From Camelus dromedarius (taxonomy: Eukaryota), in contig NC_087437.1 in the NCBI RefSeq assembly GCF_036321535.1, positions 112,284,001 through 112,348,000 on the forward strand: a stretch of DNA of 64,000 nucleotides, in the 5' to 3' direction. Each line of letters begins with the position of its first letter. The stretch's first letter is position 1. Both the position numbers and the translations under genes were made by a program. A model generated the notes under the pieces. It worked only from the letters and a program-made list of their open reading frames with translations, did not search any database and was not told where the DNA came from. This document shows positions 10,505-21,222 of the stretch, one piece after another.

Positions 10505-13500
10505 AAGGACAAAGAAGATGGCAGAGTAAGAAGACCCTGAGCTCACCTCCTTCCATGTACATACGAAAATTACAACTAGTTACAGAGCAACTATAGACAA
10601 GAACCACCTGAAGACTAGCAAAAAAAGATTTTCCACAGCTAAAGATATAAAGAAAGAACCACAAGGAGACAGGGAGGAGGGGTTGGGATGTTGTATGATG
10701 AAGACACATACCCTCTGTAGGCGATCCACAAACAGGAGGCTCAAAACAACTGTAGAGACTCTACCCCAGCAGGGAGGGGTCTGAGCCCCACATTGGGCCC
10801 CCGGCCCAGGGAGGTTCCTGCACCAGAAAGATGAGCCCCTGGAATACCTGGCTTGGAAGGCCAGCGGGGCTTGCGTACAGGAGAGCCAGAGGGCTGTCAA
10901 AAACAGAGACTCTGTTCTTTGTGTGCAAAAGCTCACACTCTCCAAGACCCAGCACAGAGGGAGTAATTTGAAAACCTGGGTCATACCCACTTATTGAGCT
11001 TGGAGAACCTCCCAGAGAAGCAGAAGGACACTGGGATGCCCCTGGGGACATAAGTGCTGGTGGCAGCCATTTTTGGAAGCTCATTCTACCACATGGACAC
11101 TGATGCTGGAAAGCACAATTTTAAATCACTTCCTCTAGCCTGTTAGTTCTGGGGGCCTACCCTCCTACCAGCTGGTGAGCTTCAGTCCCACAGCCGTCCA
11201 GGCCAAGCAGCCAGCCACACCCACTACCAGGCCAGCACTGCCCTGCAGCCAGATGTCCTAGGACATGTCCCCACAGCCAGCTGCCTTGGGACCCAGCTTC
11301 AGCCACCAGCACATCAGCAACCCATCCCAGGATCCCCCAGCACATACAGCCAGGCACCCCAGAACCCAGCCTCTGCCACCAGTGGCCTAGCAGACACTGC
11401 AAAAGGCAGAACCTCGCAGCCAACTAGGCCAAGGGCCAGCCTTACCTACCAGGGCACCCACAGTAGTTAGCTGTCCCACAACAGAAGGACCCATACAGCC
11501 CACATAGAGGGCAGCCCTAGAGGATATAGGTCTCATGACTGGAGAGGAGTGTGCTGCTAGGCCCCATAGAATGTCTCCTATATAAGGCCACTTCTCCAAG
11601 ATCAGGAAATATAACCAAGCTACCTAATACATACAAATAAACACAGTAGGCAAGATGAGGCAATAAAGGAATATGTTCCGAATGAAGGAACAAGATAAAA
11701 CCCTAGAAGAACTAAGCAAAGTGGAGATAAGCAATCTACCTAATAAAGAGTCCCAGGTAATTATCATAAAGATGTTCAATGAACTCAGGAGAAGGATGAG
11801 TGAATACAGTGAGAAGTTTAACAAAGAGTTAGAAAATAAAAATATGAACCAAAGAGATCTGAAGAACACAATAACTAAAATTTTAAAATACACTAGAAGA
11901 AATCAGCAGTAGATTAGATGATACAGATGAATGGATCAGCAAACTGGAAGAAAGAGTAGTGGAAATCACCCAAGCTGAACAGAAAAAAAGAAAAAAATTT
12001 TAATTGGGAAAGTTTAAGAGAACTCTGGGATGATATCAAGCATATTAACATTCACATTACAAGGGCCCCAGAAGAAAAAGAGAGAAGAAAGGGGCAGAGA
12101 ACTTATTTGAAAAAATAATAGCAGAAAATTTCCTTAACCTGGGGGAAAAAAACAGACATCCAGGTCCAGAAAGTAGAGAGAGTCCCAAACAAGATGAACC
12201 CAAGGAGATCCACACCAAGACACATTGTAAGTAAAATTTAAAATTTTAAAGGCAAAATTAAAAAGGCAAAAATTAAAGATAAAGAGAGAATCTTAAAAAC
12301 AGCAAGAGAAAAGCAACTACTTACACACAAAGGAATTCTCATTAGGCTATCAGCTGACTGTCAGCAGAAACTTTGCAGGCCAGAAGTAGCATGAATATTT
12401 AAAGTGATGAAAGGAAAAAACCTACAACCAAGAATACTATACTTGGCAAGGCTTTCACTCAGATTTGAAGGAGTGTTAAGAGTTTTATAGACAAGCAAAA
12501 CTAAAAGAGTTCAGCACAACTAAACCAGTTTTATAAGAAATGTTAAAGGGACTTCTATATGCAGAAAAGAAAAGACCACAACCAGAAATAACAGAACTGT
12601 GAAAAGAAAAATCTCATTTGAAAAGGGAAATATACAATAAAGATAGTAGGTCAATCACTTATAAAGCTAGTAGGAGGTTAAAAAACAAAAGTAGTAAAAT
12701 CATCTATAGCCACAATAAATAATGAAGGGATACACAAAACAAAAAGATTTGAATTTGATGTCAAATATATTAAGTGGGGAAAGGGGGATGAAAATGCAGG
12801 GTTGTTAGAATGTATTCTAATTTAAGAGATCATCAACATAAAATAATCCTATACCCTCATGGTAACCACAAAGTAAAAATCTATAATAGATACGCATACA
12901 CAAAAGAGAAAGAAATCCAAACATAACACTAAAGATAGCTATCAAGTCACAAGAGAAGAAAGGAACAGAAAAGAACTACAAAAACAACCAGAAAACAATT
13001 AACAAAATGGCAACAAGTACATACCTATCAATAAGTACTTTAAATGTAAATGGAGTAACTGCTCCAATCAAAAGACACAGAGTGGCTAAATGGATATAAA
13101 AACAAGATTCATCTATATGCTGCTTACAAGAGACTCACTTCAGATCTAAAGACACACATAGATTGAAAGTGAGAGATGAGAAAAAAGTATTCCATGGAAA
13201 TGGAAAGAAAGCCAAGGTAGCAATACTTATATCAGACAAAAAAGACTTTAAAACAAAGACTGTAACAAGAGATAAAGGACATTACATAAATGATCAAAGG
13301 ATTAATCCAACAAGAAATATAACAATTGTAAATATATATGCACCCAACATAGAAACACCTAAATATGTAAAGCAAATATTAACCAATATAAAGGGAGAAA
13401 TTGATAGTAACACAATAATAGTAGGGGACTTCAATACCACACTTACATCAACAGACAGATCATCAAAACAGAAAATCAATATGGAAACATTGACCTTAAA

Positions 13501-16500
13501 TGACACATTGGACCAAATGAGCTTAATAGACATATATATACAACATTCCATCCAAAAGCAGAATACACATTTTTTGCAGGTGCACATAGAACATTCTCCC
13601 AAAATAGATCATGTGCTAGGCCACAAAACAAGTCTCAATAAATTTGAGAGAACTGAGATTATATTAAACATCTTTTCTGACCACAACACTACGAGACTAG
13701 AAGGCAAATACAAGTAAAAAGCTTCAGAAACCACAAGCATGCGGAAGCTAAACAATATCCTATTAAACAACTGAAGAAATTAAAGGGGAAATAAAAAATA
13801 CCTGGATACAAATGAAGGTGGCAACACAATGATCCAAAATCTATGGGACACTGCAAAAGCCATTCTAAGAGGGAAGTTTATAGTGCTAAAGCCTACATCA
13901 AGAAACAAGAAAAATCTCACATAAACAACCTAAACGTACATCTAGAAAAACTAGAAGAATAAACAAAACTCAAAATTAGTAGAAGAAAAGAAATCAGGAA
14001 GATCAGAGCAAAAAAAAATAAAACAGAGGCTAAAAAAAATAGAAAAGATCAATGAAACTAAGAGCTGGTTCTTTGAAAAGATAAACAAAATTGATAAACC
14101 CTTAGTCAGACTCATCCAGGAAAAAGAGAGAGGGCCCAACCCAAATCCATAAAATCAGAAATGAAAGAGGAGAAGTTACAATCAACACCACAGAAATACA
14201 AAGGATCATAAGTTATTACTGTGAACAATTTTATGCCAATCACATGGACAACCTAGAAGAAATGCATAAATTCCTAGAAACATAATCTCCCAAGGGTGAA
14301 CCAGGAAGAAATAGAAAATATGAACAGACTGATAACCAGTAATGAAACTGAGTCGCAAATCAACAAGCTCCCAACAAACGGAAGTCCAGGACCAGGTGGC
14401 TTCACAGGTAAATGCAATCAAACATTTAAGGAAGAGTTAACATTTATCCTTCTCAAACTATTCCATAAAATTGAAGAGGAAGGAATGCTTCCAAACTCAT
14501 TCTCCAAGGCCAGGATCACCCTAACACCAAAACCAGACAAAGAAAGAAAGAGAGAGAAAGGAAGGAAGGAAGGATGGATGGAAAGAAGAGGGAGAGAGGA
14601 AGAGACGGTAGCGGGGGAGAAAAGATAATTACAGGCCAATATCCCTGATGAACATAGATGCAAAAATCCTCAACAAAATGTTAGCAAACTGAATTCAACA
14701 ATTCATTAAAAGGATCATACACAGTGATCAAGTGGGATTTATGCCGGCAATGCAGGGATAGTTCAATATCTACAAATCAATCAATATAATACACCACATT
14801 AACAAACTGAAAAATATGATCATTTCAATAGATGCAGAAAAAAACCTTTGACAAAATTCAACATCCATTCATGATAAATATTGTCAAAAAAGCATATATA
14901 GAGGGAATATACCTCAACATAATAAAAGTCATATGTGTTAAGTCCCCAGCTAATGTCATACTTAATGGTAAAAAGCTGAAAGCGTTTCTCCAAGATCTAG
15001 AACAAGACAAAGATGTCCACTCTCATTTTTATTCAACAGATTATTAGAAGTCCTAGCCACGGCATTTGAACAAAGAAAAAAATAAATAAAAGAAATTGAA
15101 TTGGAGAGGAAGAAATAAAACTATCACTATTTGCAGACAACATGACACCATACATAGAAAATCCTCAATATGCTACCAAAACACGACTAGAGCTCATCAG
15201 TGAATTTGGTACAGTACAAGGATGCAAAATTAATACACAGAAGTCTATTGCATTTCTGTACACTACCAATAAACTATCAGAAAGAGAAATTAAGAAAAAC
15301 AAACTCATTTACAATCATGTCTAAAAATATAAAATACCTAGGAATAAATTGATCTAAGGAAGTAGAAGACCTATACTTGAAAAACTGTAAGACATTGGTA
15401 AATGGAATTGAAGACAACACAAAGAGATGAAAAGATATACCATGTTTAAGGACTGGAAGAATTAATACTGTTAAAATAACCATACTACACAAAGCAATCT
15501 ACAGATTCAATGCAATCCCTATCAAAATACAAATGGCATTTTTCACAGAACTAGAACAAACAATTCTAAAATTTGCAGGGGATCACAGAAGACCCGGAAG
15601 AGCCAAGACAACCTTGAGAGAGAAGAACAAAGCTGGAGATACCATGCTCCCTGATTTCAAAGTGCACTGCAGTCATCAAAACAGTTTGTTACTGCCACAA
15701 AAACAGACACATAGATCAATGGGACAGAAGAGACAGCCCAGAAATGGACCCGCACTTACATGGGCAATTAATCTGTGGCAAATGAGGCAAGAATGTATAA
15801 TGGGGAAAGACAGCCTCTTCAATAAATTGTGTAAGGAAAACTGGACTGCTACATGCAAAAGAATCAAACTGGACTACTTTCTCACACACGCACAAAAATA
15901 ATTCAAAATGGATTAAAGACTTAAGTGTAAGAGCTAAAACCATAAAACTCCTAGAAGAAAACATAGGGAGTATGTTCTTTGACATCAGTCTTAGCAGTAT
16001 TTTTCGGGTATGTCTCCACCGGCAAGGGAAACAAAAGCAAAAATAAACAACTGGGGTAACATCAAACTAAAAAGCATTTTTACAGTGAAGGAAACTATCA
16101 ACAAAACAAAAAGGCAACCTACTGAATGGGAGAAGTTATTTACAAATATTATATCTGGTAAGGGGTTAATATCCAAAATATAAAAATAATTCATACAACT
16201 CAACACCAAAAAAGTAAATAACCCAATTAAAAATAGGCAGAAGACAGATACAAAGAACAAACTAGTGGTTATCAGTGGGAAGAAGGAAAGGGTAAGGGGA
16301 CATACAGGGGTAGAGGATTAAGAGGTTCAAACTCTTATGTATAAAATAAGCTACAAGGATATATTGTACAACACAGGGAATAGAGCCAATGTTTTATAAT
16401 ATCTATAAATGGACAATAACCTTTAAAAATTGTGAATCACTATGTTGTATACCTGTAACTTATATAACATTGTACATCAGCTACACTTCAATAAAAAATA

Positions 16501-17433
16501 TAGGCAGAGGACCTGAAGAGACGTTTTTTCCAAAGAAGACATTCACACAGCCAATAGGCACATGAAAAGATGTTCAGCGTCACTAATCAGCAGGGAAACA
16601 CAAAGCAAATTCGTAATGAGATATCCCTTCACACCTGTCAGAATGACTATTATACTTCAATAAATATATATATATATATATACAAAAAAACACTGTTGAT
16701 GAGGATGTGGGATAAAGGGGACACTTATACACTGTTGGTGGGGATGTAAATTGGTATAGCTACTGTGGAAAACAGTATGGAGTTTCCCCAAAAAATAAAA
16801 AATAGAACTACCACATAATCCAACAATTCCACTTCTGGATATTTTTCCAAAGAAACAAAAACACTAATTTGAGAAAATATATGCACCCCTATGTTCATCA
16901 CAGCATTATTTACAATAGCCAAGATGTGAAAACAATCTAAGTGCCCATAGATAGATGAATAGATACAGATGATGTGGTATATATACAATGGAATATTACT
17001 CATCCATAAGGAATGAAATCTTATAATTTTTGACCACAACGATGGCACCAAAGGGTATTATGCTAAGTGAAATGAGTGAAAGAAAGACAATATCATATGA
17101 TTTCACTTTGATGCGGAATCTTAAAAACTTAACAAATGAACAAACGTAAAACAGGAACATCGAAACAGAGGACGAACAGGTGGTTGCCAAGGGGAGGGGG
17201 CTGTGAGGATGAATGAAATAGGTGGGGGAGATTTAAGGAGTAAAAACTTCCAGTTACAAAATAAATGAGTCTCGGGGATGAAATGCACAGTATAGGAAAC
17301 AATATTATAATCTTGCATGGTGACAGTTGGTAACTAGATCTCTTGGGGTGATCCCTTTGAAATGTATAGAAATATCAAATCACTATGTGGGGCACCAGGA
17401 ACTAACACAGTGTTGTAGGGTCAATTATATTTC
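10505..17433 (+). mobile_element. Near full-length degraded LINE-1 (5' UTR, ORF1, ORF2, 3' UTR)
   Basis: 5' UTR begins GAAGATGGCAGAGTAAGAAGAC. ORF1 fragments (e.g. 11673-11912). ORF2 start near 13007, with endonuclease motifs (IYAPN, IVGDFNT, IDHVLGHK, SDHN) and RT fragments. Many stops and frameshifts. 3' UTR ends ...GTCAATTATATTTC. Confidence 0.93.
16246..16499 (+). mobile_element. L1 3'-end fragment nested inside ORF2 of the larger L1
   Basis: Ends ACTTCAATAAAAAA. Flanked by ATAGGCAGAAGAC (16233-16245) and ATAGGCAGAGGAC (16500-16512), a 13 bp TSD with one mismatch. Confidence 0.8.
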
Positions 17434-17819
17434 TTTTTTTTCTAATAAATTATTATTTTCCCTTTCTTTCTCTAGCCTTCCAGAAAGTCTATGTAGAACT
17501 TGGGGCTAGACAATATGGTCTTTTAAAAAGTGACAATGGATTGCATTTGCCAAATACAACAAATGCAGTTTACATTTGGATGGATTCTGTTTAAAACCAG
17601 AGGAAGTTTTGTGGCCAATCACAATGACCGGGAGAGCTGGAGCGGGGAGGGGTGGGGCGCTCCAGGAAGCTGTGCAGAGAAGCAGCACTATTGACATCAG
17701 TACAAAGAACACAGGAAGTTCACAGCAAACTCCAAGCTACATTAGTCCTGCCCTAGCAGTCTGTGTGTGTTGCAACTTTAGCACTTAACAAAAAATAAAA
17801 AAAAAAAAAAACAATTCAG

Positions 17820-18430
17820 ATGCAATTCAGATATCAAACAATTCACCCATTTAAAGTGTAGGATCTGAAAGTTTTTAGTATGTTCACAAATTTGTACAGC
17901 CATCATCACTATCTCATTGCAGAACATTTGCATCACTCCAGAAAGAGGTCCCTTTCCCCTTAGCAGTCACTCCCCATTCCTCCCATCCCCTCCGAGCCCC
18001 AGAAAATCGCTAAGCTTCTTTCTGTGTCAATGGATTTGCCTCTTCTGAGATTTCATGTGAGTGGAATGATATAGTGTGTGACCCTTTGTGACTAGCTCCT
18101 TTCACTAGTGTGTTTTCAAGGTTCATCCATCCTGTAGCATGGAGGGACATTCCACTTGTTTTTATTGCTGCATACTACTCCATTGTGTGCATTTACCATA
18201 TTTTGTTTATCCATTCATCGGTTGAGGGACACTTGGGTTTTTTCCACTTTTTGAATACGGTATGAATAATACTGCCACGAACATCTGTGTACGGCAGGTT
18301 TTTGTGTAGACGTGTTTTCAGTTCTCTTGGGTATATAAACAGGACTTGGAATTACCAGCACACATGACAAATTTATGTTTAAGTTGTTCTTTGATGAACT
18401 GCCAGACTGTTTCCCAAAGCAGTTCAGCAC
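17820..18430 (-). mobile_element. Old L1 (L1MB-like) 3' fragment
   Basis: Same L1 3' motifs as 3630-4215. Confidence 0.7.
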
Positions 18431-18454
18431 TTTTTTTAAAGCATAAGTTTTTAA

Positions 18455-18600
18455 AAAAAATTTTTATTTGTTTTTGTTGTGGGGGGGTAATTAGGTTTAT
18501 TTATTTATTTACTTTGATGGAGGTACTGGGGATTGAACCCAGGACCTCGTGCATGTTAAGCATGCACTCTTCCACTAAGCTATACCCTTGAACCCCCACC
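18455..18600 (-). mobile_element. tRNA-derived SINE (camelid Vic-1-like)
   Basis: GGAGGTACTGGGGATTGAACCCAGGACCTCGTGCATGTTAAGCATGCACTC...AGCTATACCC. Confidence 0.8.
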
Positions 18601-19330
18601 TTTTTTTTAAGTTTGAGTTCTATATTTTTTAATATTTTACTTATTTTTTTCTTTGTTTGCTTTTCAGCACTTTTTAACATTGTCTCTCCACAGCGTTAGT
18701 TTCACCCTGTTAGCTATTAGAGTGGTGGGACCATATTCTAGTCTTACCCTTGTCTCCTTAGCACTTAGAACTACAAAGGGGCTGATGGATGGTTGCTGAG
18801 ATGTCTGCTGATTTAAAGTTCTCTATTCTTCACAGCCTATTAGTCCGTGTAACAACCTTTACACTCACTGTGAAACAGAGAAATATCCCTTGGTAAAGCT
18901 TCTCATGCTTTTACTGCCCCCTCCCCAAGCCAACTTCGTGTTACCTCTTCCTTAATGAATCTCTTCCTTCTTATAATTTCTGCTTCCAGCCCTTTGGAAC
19001 TGTCAGGATTTCCTTTCATGAGTTCCATGTCTTCGTCTGGCTCATTTGTATTCAAGGGGAAAAATGATGGGGTGTTGGGGGTGTAGAAGGAGGACCTGTG
19101 TCCAGGTTTGGAAATAAGTGAGAGGGAAGAGGGGAGGGAACTCTCAAGAATTGAATCCTGTGGATTCAAGAGATATACACTCTCAATTCTCCCTGAAAAG
19201 GACAGAGAATAAACACTCAAAGATAGAAGTGCCTAGTTAGCTAGCTCTATATATCACTATTAGATAAACTTCATTACTACTTTTTCAACTAAAGGTCTCC
19301 ATCCCCAGCAAATCTCCCGAAACTCAAAAT

Positions 19331-19851
19331 CATTCTCTAGACCATGGTTAATGGATTCTCTACATGATGAGTCAAACTGGAGAATTTCATGATGTGAGGA
19401 ACCCCATCTGCTCCAGAGTTTCTGGGCGCCTCCCTCTCCCTCACTCCCCTGGCCCCTCTCCAGCGCCCCCACCTGTATTTCTCAGATATTACAGGGGCTG
19501 GTCCACAGTCACGTCTGCAAAGTCTTCCTGCCTTGAGGGCAAGAGCTGCTTCCAATGGGCCCCTTAACTACGCTGGTCTCTGGCTTTGATTTGCCTGGCA
19601 GCATGCTGTCGCCCCGTCTGTCCTTTCCTGTGTGATGACACGTCCCTTTGATGGTGAAGCCAGAAGCAAAAATAGCAGGTGAACAGTTTTGCTTCCTCTT
19701 TGTTCTCCATTTACAAAACACCTTCTACCCAGAGCAAAGGGCCCGCACCTCTTTATTCTCCCTGCTGCAAACGTGGCTTCTCAGAAGCCCACCTCTGGAG
19801 GATTCTTGGCTCTTTCTGGTGCTGCAGTCTCACGGGCACTCTTGTTAGAAG
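19331..19851. repeat. Right arm of the 521 bp perfect inverted repeat, downstream of IL10RB
   Basis: Exact reverse complement of 2275-2795 by direct comparison. Confidence 0.97.
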
Positions 19852-20226
19852 ATTCAAGTCGCTCTGAAACGCTTGCCTATAGCTGTGTGCCCACTTTAAA
19901 CCTTTAGAATGAATCCTCTTTGAGCTCAAAAACCATCGATAGGTAAACGTTATTTAGTTACACTCCTTCATCTTCATGTGTTGCCTCTTCCTCTGCTGTG
20001 CCTTGGTGGCTGCCTTAATTTGTTCTAAAACATTTGGAAATGACTTTCCTACAGTCTATGATTTCAGCACATCTTGGCTTTTCCATGACTGGGCCATGAG
20101 GGAAGCTGTTTCTCCACATTTTCCACGTGGGCATCCTGCATTAATTCAGTCGTGGACTTATTCAGGCAGTACGACGGGATGGTGTGGCAGAATGAAAAAT
20201 AGTCCCCTTAAAGATACCCAAGTCCT

Positions 20227-21222
20227 GGGGAAAGAACCACGAAAAAAGCACGGAATAAACCATTACCAGAGAGGAGGCGGGAACTCTTGGGGGCAACTAA
20301 AGATTAATGTTGGCAACCATAGCAAAAATATGGCCAGTGTTTGTCCCAAGGGTCCAGAGAATGGCAGAATGGAGCTGAAGGCAAGAAACTTACATAGGAT
20401 AAAAAAAATAAGAAACAAGAAAGAAAAAAACAGAAAATAAATAAAGAACAAAGAGGGATAGAGAACAAACATTCTAGGGGCCCTTTGGAACATCCCAAAG
20501 TTGGTTCAAGGTACCTCTTATGTCTTTAGCTTTTCATTAGCTTTTTGCAATGGATCTTTCAATGAAGCTATTTCGGAATCTTGAAGACTTTTGGAGGCTT
20601 CTTCAATGCCAGTTAAATCCCATTCTGGTTGTTGATTTGAGAAGCCTTACTTTCTTTTCTTTTTTTTCTAGTATATATATTTTTATTGACGTATAGTCAG
20701 TTTACAATGTTGTATCAATTTCTGGTGTACAGCGTAATGCTTCAGTCATACATGTGAATGAAAAATACTGCAAACCATATCAGTAAACGAAGAATGCTGA
20801 AGCCATCAAGTCATCAGTCACCACCCCACCTAGAGGAGACAAGCCTGTAGCCCGGCCTCTGCAGCCACTCACAGTGGTGCACTCTGAGGGGACTCAGAAA
20901 AAGAAAGGACAAGACACTGGCCCTAGATAGCTAGGTGCTTGTCAAAGGAGTGAATTCAGTGAGCTCAAATGTTTGCTTCATCCCATATATAGAAAAGCAC
21001 TAAATTCTTTAACTTGAGATGCCTGGTTTTCTTTAGATAACAAGTAATCTTTTATTGTTCCAACTACCCGGTCTCTGTTGTAAAGCTCCTATATATCCTA
21101 GCTCCTCCCCTAGCTCTTTGGAGCAGTCCCGCAGAGTGATCTGAGAGGCTGTCATCCCGGCTAGAGTCCTCCTGCCACATAAAACATAACTCTCAAAAAA
21201 AAAAAAAAAAAAAAAAAAAAAA
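20227..21222 (+). mobile_element. L1-mediated retrocopy of a composite transcript ending in an LTR poly(A) site, inserted into an MLT1 LTR
   Basis: TSD AAAGATACCCAAGT at 20210-20223 and 21220-21233, TT/AAAG target site, and a 28-nt poly(A) at 21195-21222. The MLT1 sequence starting ~20182 resumes after 21233 and runs to ~21683. Confidence 0.85.
20753..21194 (+). mobile_element. ERV1-type LTR, U3-R only (U5 replaced by poly(A))
   Basis: Closely similar to the LTR at 28068-28548 but stops ~11 nt after the poly(A) signal position. Confidence 0.8.

Noticed and set aside
13163..15901. L1 ORF2 fragments as an active reverse transcriptase/endonuclease gene
   Set aside because: The frame is broken by many stops and frameshifts and by a nested insertion.
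19151..19169. Small hairpin TTGAATCC-TGT-GGATTCAA
   Set aside because: An 8 bp stem is expected by chance in 64 kb.
19976..20440. 154 aa ORF beside the right arm
   Set aside because: It crosses an MLT1 fragment and the retrocopy junction and ends in a low-complexity A-rich tract, so it is most likely a chance frame.
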